Positions 1 through 8,497 of a stretch of 64,000 bases of DNA are shown here, in pieces. The stretch's first letter is position 1. The number at the start of each line of letters is the position of its first letter. The DNA is from a virus (Duplodnaviria; Caudoviricetes), in the IMG/VR virus record IMGVR_UViG_3300033076_001341, positions 1 to 64,000 of that record. One strand, given 5' to 3'. Below the pieces are notes generated by a model. It was not told where the DNA came from, made no database searches, and worked only from the letters and a program-made list of their open reading frames with translations. Made by a program: the position numbers and the translations under genes.

Positions 1-218
1 TCTACTTGTTGAAGTTGAAGTGGGATAACGAATTGAAGTGGTTCTACCAAAACGGTACCATGGACTACATGGGTCGTTCACAAGGTTTCAACAGCTCTGG
101 AAACTTCAACGGTTACAGAGTGTACATGACTCAAACAATGCCTGCGATCTGGGTTAAAGATCCTACGAAGGTGTTGAAGATCGTTATGAGAAACCCCATC
201 ACTGGAACTTCTTTGTAA
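1..218 (+). CDS. Major capsid protein, C-terminal fragment (truncated by window start)
   Basis: Frame open from position 3 to TAA at 216-218. The ending (...SSGNFNGYRVYMTQTMPAIWVKDPTKVLKI) resembles crAss-like capsid C-termini. Codon bias is strong and the gene sits at the head of the conserved structural block. Confidence 0.7.
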   Translation, partial: YLLKLKWDNELKWFYQNGTMDYMGRSQGFNSSGNFNGYRVYMTQTMPAIWVKDPTKVLKIVMRNPITGTSL

Positions 219-225
219 CCTTCTA

Positions 226-264
226 AGGACTCGCCGGGTGGTTCGCTACCCGGCTTGTAGTCCT
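226..264 (+). other. Stable RNA hairpin downstream of capsid stop
   Basis: GCCGGGTGG(233-241)-TTCG-CTACCCGGC(246-254) with UUCG loop, extended by AGGACT(226-231)/AGTCCT(259-264). No U-tract follows, so it is more likely a 3' stabiliser or processing hairpin than a terminator. Confidence 0.7.
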
Positions 265-311
265 GAACTGGACAGTCGGTGTCTCACAGCGTTCAAGTCG
301 CTGCAGTTCGC
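264..311 (+). ncRNA. tRNA-like element lacking the anticodon arm
   Basis: 7-bp acceptor TGAACTG(264-270)/CAGTTCG(304-310); D-arm GAC-AGTCGGT-GTC(271-283); 3-nt linker TCA; T-arm CAGCG-TTCAAGT-CGCTG(287-303) matching the GTTCRANYC consensus. No encoded CCA. Confidence 0.7.
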
Positions 312-350
312 AAACCGGTAAATCCGGACAACCAACCAACAACCAACCAA

Positions 351-1367
351 ATGAGCGTTACAATCGTAGAAAGCAACGTCACCGCGAAGCGGGGATCTGC
401 TATTGCCATCCGACCCTATGTTGAATCAGGTTCAACAAACATGGGTCTTGAAAAGTACCAACTTGCCCTGTTTGACGGGATCTTCCACGAAGAGCAGTTA
501 GCATGTCTGGAGCGAAACGGAATCAAGCAGTATGTCACCGGACTCAATGAGTTCGCTCCCGACGTACAGATGTTACCCGAAGAAGAGAAAGCCGCTAAGA
601 TCAAAGAGATCCGCACGCTGGTAAGTACCCTGGAAAAATCACTTGCTTCCAATGTCATTGAAATCAATGACGAGCAGTTCTGGAACAAGGTAAAAGTATT
701 GCGTCCGGACAACGGCGACTTCTGGGACAAAATTGTCCTGAGAATCAGCAACGATCCGATTTTCATTGACCCGGTGAAAGATCCCTATGATCTGATCAAG
801 TTGCGGGCAATTGAAGCAGGAGGATTCTCGCTGGTAGCAAAAAGCATGGAAAGCGCTAGAACCATGCCTAAACCACCCAAGTTTTACCTGGATAAGTCAG
901 AAGAGACTGCCGGTACAAAGACTGAGTGGAAGAAAGTACGTAACAAAGCATTGGCTGAGTTGCAGAAGCTCTTTGATAAGAACGTGAACAAACTCCTGTA
1001 CGTATGTAAGGTGATTGATCCAAACAGTGCACAGTACCGCAAGAGTACGCCCAATGACATCATGTATGATATCATGGACCGCTACATCAACGGGGAGTCT
1101 ATTGAGACCAACAAGCGTCGTGCAGCACAGACATTCCTGGATGTTGCCGCTCTTGACATGGAAACACTCAAGCTTCGTGCAATTGTAAAGGATGCGACCT
1201 ACTACAAAATGATTGCCTTCCGTGGCGATGGATACATCTACCACATGAAGTCAAGCACTGTACTGGGTAAGAATCCAAGTGATGTGACTGAATACCTGAA
1301 GAACCCTTTGAATGAAGACGTTCTGATGGACTTGAGCAAGAACCTGGAGAAATTCTGGAATAACTAA
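351..1367 (+). CDS. Conserved crAss-like structural-module protein (gene 75-like), 338 aa
   Basis: Long ORF directly after the capsid gene. ATG 351 is preferred over GTG 279 because 264-327 is structured RNA and 328-350 is an A/C-rich leader. Assignment is by synteny. Confidence 0.6.
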   Translation: MSVTIVESNVTAKRGSAIAIRPYVESGSTNMGLEKYQLALFDGIFHEEQLACLERNGIKQYVTGLNEFAPDVQMLPEEEKAAKIKEIRTLVSTLEKSLASNVIEINDEQFWNKVKVLRPDNGDFWDKIVLRISNDPIFIDPVKDPYDLIKLRAIEAGGFSLVAKSMESARTMPKPPKFYLDKSEETAGTKTEWKKVRNKALAELQKLFDKNVNKLLYVCKVIDPNSAQYRKSTPNDIMYDIMDRYINGESIETNKRRAAQTFLDVAALDMETLKLRAIVKDATYYKMIAFRGDGYIYHMKSSTVLGKNPSDVTEYLKNPLNEDVLMDLSKNLEKFWNN

Positions 1368-1371
1368 TCGT

Positions 1372-1414
1372 ACCTCGGGTGCTTACCGTAAGATCAGCAC
1401 CCAGGTCTTTTTTT
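1372..1414 (+). terminator. Intrinsic terminator
   Basis: ACCTCGGGTGCT...AGCACCCAGGT stem followed by CTTTTTTT. Confidence 0.7.
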
Positions 1415-1419
1415 AAGAT

Positions 1420-2121
1420 ATGAACAACGCAACATTGCAACTCAAAATCAAGCTGCGCTTAAACAAGCTGGCGTCCCTGGACTACGACAACTTCGAGTGT
1501 TGGCAGATCCTGGAGGCGTTCAATAAAGCGCAGGTAGAATGGGTGCGTCGCCAGGTGCACGGAAATAACCTGCATAAAGAAGGCGATGAATCCTCTAAAG
1601 TATTGATTGATGATTTGCAGCGTTTACTCACCGAGCAGGTGATGACGTTCACACAAAAAGATCTGTTCTTTGAAACGCAGGAACTACCTGCAGACTATTT
1701 GTTCTTCAAACGACTGGACTTAATGGTAGGCAAGGAGTGCTGTCCCCCGCACCGTGTCAACACCTACATTGCTGAACAGGCAGATGTAGCAGATTTGCTG
1801 GCGGACAACTATCGCAATCCCTCCTGGGAATGGGGAGAAACATTCTCGGTCTTTGGGAACAACCGCATCCGGGTGTATCGCGAAGAAGACTGGAGCATGG
1901 AGAGCATTAACCTGATGTACTACCGCACGCCCCGCAAGGTGCAATTCAACGGATGTACCAACCTGGTGACCGGAACGCTCAGCACCGCAGATGTCGAAGC
2001 GGAATTCAAAGACGACGTCATGGAACTACTCATCGAAGAAGCATGCCTCATCCTTGCAGGTGACATCGAGAGTATCACTCAACTTCAAAAAGGACAACAA
2101 ACCACTGAACGAAATAACTAA
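1420..2121 (+). CDS. Head-tail ring/adaptor protein (crAss gene 74-like)
   Basis: N-terminal helical motif LNKLASLDY...ILEAFNKAQ, internal LPADYLF and YYRTP, and a C-terminal helix, as in crAss-type ring proteins; synteny. Confidence 0.65.
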   Translation: MNNATLQLKIKLRLNKLASLDYDNFECWQILEAFNKAQVEWVRRQVHGNNLHKEGDESSKVLIDDLQRLLTEQVMTFTQKDLFFETQELPADYLFFKRLDLMVGKECCPPHRVNTYIAEQADVADLLADNYRNPSWEWGETFSVFGNNRIRVYREEDWSMESINLMYYRTPRKVQFNGCTNLVTGTLSTADVEAEFKDDVMELLIEEACLILAGDIESITQLQKGQQTTERNN

Positions 2122-2546
2122 TGCTTCCCAGTTCACTTAAACGCCCCAGTGCAGCAAGCACGTCTGTTGACACATTAACTGCAACGATGGTTGCTGAGTT
2201 TTTAAATGCGTCCAGCAAATTGCACAAGACTCATTTGAAGATTACTGGACCCGGCAGTTTTGCTGCGCATCTTGCACTCAATGATTTCTATGATGCTATC
2301 AAAGGACACGCCGATGACCTGGCAGAACAATACCAGGGTGCGGAAGAAAAAATTCTTGACATTCCACTCATAAATGAAACGAGTGCTTGTCAAAGTGTTG
2401 CAGATGCATTATCTTATTTAAGAGAGCTGAAAGGTTTAATAAACAATCTTCAGTCTGTCATGCCTCACTCAGAGATCGTCAACTCCCTGGACGAAGCGAA
2501 GAGTACCATCAACACCGCCAAGTACAAACTCCTTTTCTTACAATAA
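2121..2546 (+). CDS. Dps/ferritin-like four-helix protein
   Basis: Dps-type signature HKTHLKITGPGSFAAHLALNDFYD...DDLAEQ; TAATG coupling with the upstream gene. Confidence 0.75.
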   Translation: MLPSSLKRPSAASTSVDTLTATMVAEFLNASSKLHKTHLKITGPGSFAAHLALNDFYDAIKGHADDLAEQYQGAEEKILDIPLINETSACQSVADALSYLRELKGLINNLQSVMPHSEIVNSLDEAKSTINTAKYKLLFLQ

Positions 2547-2571
2547 CAACAACCCTTAATTTTTATATATC

Positions 2572-3912
2572 ATGTCTTATTTCCCACACGCATTCCAGAA
2601 AACCTTGATAGGTACTGCTGGATTCTACGATGGTACAGCTGGTGTAGCAACAAGCACTTTGACCGCTGGTCAGATTGGTATTGTTGACGCTAAAGCTCAG
2701 ACCGTGTACAAAGTAGGAACTGTTCCTTCTGCGTACATCCCACAAGTTTACCTTGCACAAGGTAGCTTCCACACAGTTGACAAAATCGGACCTTTCCATG
2801 GTGGTTACAAAGAAACCATCAAAACAAAAGGAATCAGTCCTCGTTTTGTTAGCCGTTTCTACAAAGTAGACACTCAGTCTGCTGTTAACCAAATTGTAAA
2901 AGTTGGTTGCGATGCTGCTTATAGCTTGACTTGCAACAAAACCTACCGTTTGCGTTTGGACGTTAAAGGATCTCCTGCTTTGCGTTTCTTGACACACAAC
3001 TTGTACAAGACCTTGGATGGTTTCACCGGATGTTGCGCTACTGCAACTGACATCGTTGATCCTACCGTTGTCTTCTTGGCGTGGAAAGACCAAATCAAAC
3101 TTGATCCCATCTTGAGCCAGTTTGTAAACCCAAAGGTTTACGCCAAAGCTGCAGCTACCACTGCAACCTGGTCTAACGCTGGTACCACTATGACTGTAGC
3201 TTCTGCTACCGGCATCGTGATCGGTCAAAAAGTAACTGGTGCCGGTATTCCTAACAACACGTTTGTAACAAACGTTTCTGGAACTACCATCACTTTCGGT
3301 AAAGCTGCTACTGCTGCTGGTTCAACCACTGCAGTTGTCTTCTGGACTGAAGCGATCACTGGCACTTACGTTCCTGTAACCATTCAAGGTAACATCCCGA
3401 ACGTACAAGCTCACATGGACTTGATTGCTGCTTACCAAGACACAACCTTCGGTAACTGCTCTTTCGATCCTAAAGACTTCGTTGAGAATGCACCTGTACA
3501 AATCTATCCTTCAGTGGTGGACGAGTCTGGTAACCCTTGCAGCGCATTGGCTTTCTGTATCACAGAAACTCAAGCTCCTGTTATTGCTGACGGTTTGGGT
3601 GAGACAGTTCTTCGTGAATTGATCTTGCAGAAGCGTTACTTGCAAGAGCCTTGGCAGCAAGACCCACGTATGCGTGAAGTGTTGGATGACACCTCATTGA
3701 CAGACGTGAGCCGCAGCACTCAATACAAGTCGTACTACATTCTGCACAACGTGCCTCGCAACAGTAACCCTAGCGGTACTCTGGACAGCGATCAGTACTT
3801 GATCAGAGTTGTAGTGACTGCGTTCAGTTCCGCTTTCGAAGCTTGGTTCTCTAAGTTCACTGAACTTGGTGGAAACAAGATCGATGTGACTGACGCGTCA
3901 TCTACCCACTAA
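2572..3912 (+). CDS. Abundant virion protein, probable auxiliary capsid/decoration protein
   Basis: 446 aa with codon bias like the capsid gene and its own terminator. Contains a Thr/Gly-rich beta insert (aa ~195-258). Position matches the crAss auxiliary capsid gene. Confidence 0.55.
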   Translation: MSYFPHAFQKTLIGTAGFYDGTAGVATSTLTAGQIGIVDAKAQTVYKVGTVPSAYIPQVYLAQGSFHTVDKIGPFHGGYKETIKTKGISPRFVSRFYKVDTQSAVNQIVKVGCDAAYSLTCNKTYRLRLDVKGSPALRFLTHNLYKTLDGFTGCCATATDIVDPTVVFLAWKDQIKLDPILSQFVNPKVYAKAAATTATWSNAGTTMTVASATGIVIGQKVTGAGIPNNTFVTNVSGTTITFGKAATAAGSTTAVVFWTEAITGTYVPVTIQGNIPNVQAHMDLIAAYQDTTFGNCSFDPKDFVENAPVQIYPSVVDESGNPCSALAFCITETQAPVIADGLGETVLRELILQKRYLQEPWQQDPRMREVLDDTSLTDVSRSTQYKSYYILHNVPRNSNPSGTLDSDQYLIRVVVTAFSSAFEAWFSKFTELGGNKIDVTDASSTH

Positions 3913-3933
3913 ACCTCGGTTGGTTTTCATATG

Positions 3934-3970
3934 CAGAAGGGGGTCACATTTTGTGATCCCTTTTTGTTTT
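3934..3970 (+). terminator. Intrinsic terminator
   Basis: CAGAAGGGGGTCACA-TTT-TGTGATCCCTTTTTG stem-loop running into a U-rich tail. Confidence 0.8.
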
Positions 3971-3989
3971 GTTGTTTAATACAGAAAAA

Positions 3990-4009
3990 TTCGTTAAATT
4001 CTATTAGTA
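3990..4009 (+). promoter_or_regulatory. Putative phage late promoter (TAAATT-N6-GTA)
   Basis: TTCGTTAAATTCTATTAGTA. The 15-mer TAAATTCTATTAGTA is identical to 21798-21812 and lies directly after a terminator. Confidence 0.6.
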
Positions 4010-4027
4010 GAGTTCCTCACTTACGTC

Positions 4028-4582
4028 ATGGCAAAACACAATCTCGCACTCGACATTCCAGAAACCGCAAATCCTTACGTTCTCCGCGTAGTTGACGTAA
4101 GTACCTATGCTGCCGGTCTCAGCGTAGATTGTGGTCGATTAGACATCACTATGCCTGGATTTGCATCCCCGGTTTTCATTGAGAATGTCGAGAACGGCAG
4201 CTCGATCAACCTGGCTGCAGAACAACTGGGTCTCGTCCAATTGGGCGACACAGAACCCGTTGCTCTCCAGGATGGAGTGTACACCATCAAATACAGTGTA
4301 TCTCCCAATGACAAAGTATTTGTTGAATACTACCACCTGCGCAATACCAATCAGGTCAATCAATACCTGAGCATTCTTTGCAAGCTTCGCCTTGAACCTT
4401 GTGAACCTTCTGCTGAACTGGAAGCTAATCTACACAAGCTTCGTTTGATTAAACTCTACATCGATGCTGCCAAAGCACAAGTAGAGTCTTGTCATGCAGT
4501 CAAGCAGGGAATGGAAATGTATGAGTACGCCTCCAGGCTGCTCAGCAAGTTCTATGACACCTGCTGCTCGCACTGTCACTAA
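4028..4582 (+). CDS. Virion structural protein (beta-sandwich plus helical C-terminus, Cys-rich end)
   Basis: 184 aa; LQDGVYTIKYSV motif; ends CCSHCH; in structural operon. Confidence 0.55.
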   Translation: MAKHNLALDIPETANPYVLRVVDVSTYAAGLSVDCGRLDITMPGFASPVFIENVENGSSINLAAEQLGLVQLGDTEPVALQDGVYTIKYSVSPNDKVFVEYYHLRNTNQVNQYLSILCKLRLEPCEPSAELEANLHKLRLIKLYIDAAKAQVESCHAVKQGMEMYEYASRLLSKFYDTCCSHCH

Positions 4583-4597
4583 CCGATTAAAACCAAT

Positions 4598-4771
4598 ATG
4601 AACTGTTCTAATTGCAACACGCAGATCAACTGCAGCTGCCAACTCCGAACTGCCACCGATGGCAAGCAAGTATGCTCTCATTGCATCAGTGCTTACGAAG
4701 ACCAAATCAAGGCAACCAAAGTCAAACTCGCCGATTTAAACAACATCAAGCTTAAGAATTTCACCACCTGA
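4598..4771 (+). CDS. Small Cys-rich (Zn-finger-like) protein, 57 aa, absent from the ORF track
   Basis: MNCSNCNTQINCSCQLRTATDGKQVCSHCISAYEDQIKATKVKLADLNNIKLKNFTT; fills the gap exactly; TGATG overlap with the next gene; A-rich leader. Confidence 0.75.
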   Translation: MNCSNCNTQINCSCQLRTATDGKQVCSHCISAYEDQIKATKVKLADLNNIKLKNFTT

Positions 4772-4995
4772 TGGACGCTTTACAAGATAAACTCGACAGT
4801 GCTTTTGCCGCCAGTGCAAACAAGAAGCTGCAATCTCAACGATTTGGGTTGAGAGAGTGTGCGATTCGTTATGACCTGGACTACCTGGCAGACCTGCGTG
4901 AGTTGTATCAGCGTAACAAAGAACTAGATCCTCTTTGTATGTCCACCGGGAGCTGCACATTAAGCGTGATGAAAGAACTGATCCAAACCCTTTAA
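4771..4995 (+). CDS. Small hypothetical protein, 74 aa
   Basis: Translationally coupled ORF that tiles the operon. Confidence 0.6.
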   Translation: MDALQDKLDSAFAASANKKLQSQRFGLRECAIRYDLDYLADLRELYQRNKELDPLCMSTGSCTLSVMKELIQTL

Positions 4996-5002
4996 CCTAC
5001 TC

Positions 5003-6466
5003 ATGAAACCTGTTGATCGTAATAAAAAAGAAAGTTGTACAAAGACTTCTTCCCGCTGTGTTATCTGGAACGGTCCGGATATTCCGTGCCTGAATCTCTG
5101 TCAGGGAGATTCTATTGAAGATGTAACGTACAAGCTGGCGATTGCTCACTGCAATTTAGCAGAGGAATTAAACCTCTCCACGCTGGACCTAAGCTGTCTG
5201 GTTGAGTCCTGTATCAGTTGCCCCGCACCTCAGAAGACGTTGCGCATTGTACTTCAGTTACTGATCAACAAAGTGTGTAACCTTGAAGATCTCATCAACG
5301 ATGGCACTGGAAATGACTCTAACGGCAGCACACAAACGCTTCCCGTGGTAAACCTTCCAGCATGTCTTCAGTACACCACTGGATCAACTACAATTGTGAG
5401 TCTTCCAGTAGATGAGTACGTCTACCTGGTTGCCAGCAAAGTATGTCTGATTAACAGCACTGTAAATGCATTGGATGGACGTGTTGACTCCCTGGAGCAG
5501 GACGTAGCCGATTTGCAGGCAGCTATCACTGGTGCTGGCGGCATCACGCAGGTGAATCTGGGCTGCGTAGGTAGTGGACTGACTGACATTGACGCAGCAG
5601 TTGAAGCACTTGAGCAGGCGTTCTGCACGCTTCGTACCGCTACTGGTACAGCAGGACAAATCTCCAGCGCTGTTGCCAAGCAATGCGCTAACCTTGGTAC
5701 GCTCAACAAATTGACTGGTACAGGAATTATGAGCAGCATTTCCGGATGGAGCGCTACTCCAGTCAATGGTGCCGATGCGATGAGCAATCTGTGGTTGACC
5801 GTGTGCGACATGCGCAGTGCGGTATCAACCCTGCAGGTGACTTCACAGAACAGTGCGTGCGATAACTTCAAACCTGATTTCAACTTCTCTTACAGCGCTG
5901 ACAGAACCCAGGCAGTCATCAAGACGTATGGATACATGAGCATCCCCAGTGGATGGAGCAATGGTACCACAAACCGTTTCACCATCAGCGATGGCACCAA
6001 CTCTTACCAGGTGACCGTTGATTTGGTAGCATTAACAGCAAACTCTGCCGGCACCACGGTGAACCTGGCATCTAACGGTATCGATATTACCAAAGATCTC
6101 ACTGTAACCCTGGAAGCAAGCATCATCAATGGTACAGCAACCTGCGCTAAAGTGTCTACCAAAACCATTAACCTTCCTTGCATCAAAAATCCGGTGACCA
6201 GTTTGATCACCACTCCTGGAGCAGGTAGCATTTCAATATCCTACACAGCACCTACCGGCGTAGGTGTACCAGTAAGTTTCTACACCATCAACGTCTATAA
6301 AGATGTGGCAGGTGTATACACGCTGGTAAGTGCTAATAACATTACCGCCGTATCCAGCTCCGTAACAGGACTTTCCAGCGGTTCCTATAAGGTGGAAGTA
6401 ATTGCCAACTATAGCGGAACCTGTGGTGCTGCTCCTGCTGCAATCAAAGTTGTTACTGTATCCTAA
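5003..6466 (+). CDS. Cys-rich virion accessory/fibre protein with coiled coil and C-terminal FN3-like domain
   Basis: N-terminal CVIWNGPDIPC domain; heptads VNALDGRVDSLEQDVADLQ; C-terminal ISYTAP...Y...VTGLSSGSYKVEVIA FN3 pattern. Confidence 0.65.
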   Translation: MKPVDRNKKESCTKTSSRCVIWNGPDIPCLNLCQGDSIEDVTYKLAIAHCNLAEELNLSTLDLSCLVESCISCPAPQKTLRIVLQLLINKVCNLEDLINDGTGNDSNGSTQTLPVVNLPACLQYTTGSTTIVSLPVDEYVYLVASKVCLINSTVNALDGRVDSLEQDVADLQAAITGAGGITQVNLGCVGSGLTDIDAAVEALEQAFCTLRTATGTAGQISSAVAKQCANLGTLNKLTGTGIMSSISGWSATPVNGADAMSNLWLTVCDMRSAVSTLQVTSQNSACDNFKPDFNFSYSADRTQAVIKTYGYMSIPSGWSNGTTNRFTISDGTNSYQVTVDLVALTANSAGTTVNLASNGIDITKDLTVTLEASIINGTATCAKVSTKTINLPCIKNPVTSLITTPGAGSISISYTAPTGVGVPVSFYTINVYKDVAGVYTLVSANNITAVSSSVTGLSSGSYKVEVIANYSGTCGAAPAAIKVVTVS

Positions 6467-6482
6467 TCTAATAAGCTAAGCA

Positions 6483-7148
6483 ATGTCCATCTATCCGAAT
6501 GATTACTGCCACGAGTGTCAGCAGACACCAGCCGTAGAGCAACCTGCACCTCCAGTATGCGAGGGAGAAAAATGCGTGGAGATCTACGACAGCGCCTGTG
6601 TGGAATACACGGGGGCAGCTATACCCTGCAAACAAATTGAATCCGGGGAGCGCATGACCTCTGTGATCAACAAACTGGCAACCTGCTACGATGAGGAGTT
6701 TGTTCGCGGACTGCTTCGCATGATCCGGGACGACTCTACTCTCAAAGCATTGTTCTCTCAGATTGTCTGCAGCGTGGATTGTGAGACTGTAACGGTGTGC
6801 GATATCCCAAGTGGTATTGTTCTGGGTACTGCCAACACAACCGGCTTTACGGTAAGTTGGGCAAAGATCACGGGTGTATCTGGTTACTTGCTCCAAGTGA
6901 AAAAGACCAGCGATGTGTCTTGGACACAAGTGGGAGGACTCTTACCAAACAGTTCATTTACTACCGCTACTGCATCGGTGAACGTAACAGGTCTTGAGAG
7001 TGCCAGTGAATACGAGGTGCGCATTAAAACAATCTGCACTGACGGTTCTGAAAGCTCTTGGTCTGATCCTGTCAGCATCACGACCACTACACCAGTGGCT
7101 CCTCCGGTATGTGTGGTTCCTTCAACTCCAACTTTAACTTTTAACTAA
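6483..7148 (+). CDS. Cys-rich N-domain plus fibronectin type III domain virion protein
   Basis: CVEYTGAAIPC domain paralogous to the upstream gene; FN3 pattern VSW...GY...VTGLESASEYEVRIKT...SSWS. Confidence 0.7.
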   Translation: MSIYPNDYCHECQQTPAVEQPAPPVCEGEKCVEIYDSACVEYTGAAIPCKQIESGERMTSVINKLATCYDEEFVRGLLRMIRDDSTLKALFSQIVCSVDCETVTVCDIPSGIVLGTANTTGFTVSWAKITGVSGYLLQVKKTSDVSWTQVGGLLPNSSFTTATASVNVTGLESASEYEVRIKTICTDGSESSWSDPVSITTTTPVAPPVCVVPSTPTLTFN

Positions 7149-7150
7149 TC

Positions 7151-7708
7151 ATGGCAAGCGCAACCATTAACTGGACACCCGCCGGTGGAATATCTACCGG
7201 TCAGCGTGTAGAATACCGAATCAAGTCTGTGGGTGGTTCCTGGACCGTGTTCACGACCTTGAGTTCTACGGTCAATACAGCGACTGTTACCGGACTAGCC
7301 GATAACACCGTGTATGAATTCAGGATTGTAAACATCTGCAGCGGCAATGACGTTCCTTCTCCCACCATTGAAGGGATCAAACAAACCTGTGTGGTACCTT
7401 CTTATTCAGTAACCGGTACCACGGCAACCATTTCGTTTCCGCACCTGGGTGGTGAACTTTCCAAGTACACCATCAAGATCAAGACTGCTTCGAGCGTACT
7501 GATCACCAGCGTAGACAAGACAGGTCCTTTTACCGTTGGATCAACCATCTCTCACACCTTCACCGGTCTTACAGCGGGCGTTTCTTACATCATCACAGTA
7601 ACACCTTTTGTTGGTATTTATAACCTCAACGAATGTTTCCAGGTAGATGTACTGACTGTTGCTCCGACTTGTAGTGCTCCCACTTCCGTAACCGCCACCA
7701 TTTCCTAA
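7151..7708 (+). CDS. Tandem FN3-domain virion protein
   Basis: Two FN3 patterns (TGLADNTVYEFRI; TGLTAGVSYIITV). Confidence 0.7.
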   Translation: MASATINWTPAGGISTGQRVEYRIKSVGGSWTVFTTLSSTVNTATVTGLADNTVYEFRIVNICSGNDVPSPTIEGIKQTCVVPSYSVTGTTATISFPHLGGELSKYTIKIKTASSVLITSVDKTGPFTVGSTISHTFTGLTAGVSYIITVTPFVGIYNLNECFQVDVLTVAPTCSAPTSVTATIS

Positions 7709-7719
7709 AGCGCAACACC

Positions 7720-8340
7720 ATGGCAAAATTAACCATTGCTTTTACCCCGCCCAGTCCTGCTCCGGCAAACGGATACCGGGTCAGGTACCGCAAAGTGGGT
7801 ACAACTTCGTATAACACTATTTCTCCTTATCCAACGACTTCACCGGTGGTGATTACCGGACTGGAGAACGGTGTAAACTACGAGGGTACTATTGAAGCGG
7901 CTTGTGACGGTGGACTTTTTTCAAGCGTCGTAGCGTTCTCGGCTACAACACCACACAGTTTTGTACAGTGCGGTGCATCGCTGAGCAACACCTACACCGG
8001 CAACAATGCTTACAGCTACCCCGCAGTATACATTGACACGTTCAACCCTGCCATCACGCAACTCAATATCAGCTATGATGCGGTAGATCGTCCCAATCGC
8101 TTTAGTGTCTATGACGATTCCAACAACCTGGTGGCTACATCGGGTTGGAAAGGTACAGCAACGTATTCAGGTCCCTGGGGGTCTTCACTCTCCGGTGCTG
8201 CCAATGGTGTACTGAACATCACACGCTCCCCTGGCGTAACCTACTATAAACTTGTTATTGAAGCAGGTCCTGCCAACCTGAGTAACCCCATCAACGATGG
8301 ATACTCGGTAGGTATCAGCTGCGTATCCTCTGGCAGTTAA
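7720..8340 (+). CDS. FN3 domain plus beta-sandwich virion protein
   Basis: GYRVRYRK...ITGLENGVNYEGTI FN3 pattern followed by a beta-rich C-domain. Confidence 0.65.
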   Translation: MAKLTIAFTPPSPAPANGYRVRYRKVGTTSYNTISPYPTTSPVVITGLENGVNYEGTIEAACDGGLFSSVVAFSATTPHSFVQCGASLSNTYTGNNAYSYPAVYIDTFNPAITQLNISYDAVDRPNRFSVYDDSNNLVATSGWKGTATYSGPWGSSLSGAANGVLNITRSPGVTYYKLVIEAGPANLSNPINDGYSVGISCVSSGS

Positions 8341-8400
8341 TTAATGTCGTGAAGGCAGCTGTTGGTTTGTTGGTTTTCCAATGGTGAACCCTTCTGTACG

Positions 8401-8432
8401 ACCCCGGTAGAAATATCGGGGTTTGTATTTTT
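8401..8432 (+). terminator. Intrinsic terminator
   Basis: ACCCCGGTA-GAAA-TATCGGGGT followed by TTGTATTTTT. Confidence 0.7.
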
Positions 8433-8497
8433 CAACAAGTACTCCACAATGAAAACCAATTAGGTCCCTACCCAATGAAATTTGTATAAGACTGAGC

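Noticed and set aside
264-311. Functional decoding tRNA gene
   Set aside because: No anticodon arm and no encoded CCA, so it is reported as a tRNA-like element.
279-350. GTG start at 279 given by the ORF track
   Set aside because: It overlaps the tRNA-like structure and the low-complexity AACC leader; ATG 351 is more plausible.
8449-8463. Micro-ORF MKTN* upstream of the phosphoesterase
   Set aside because: Four codons, out of frame with the downstream gene, and no supporting evidence.
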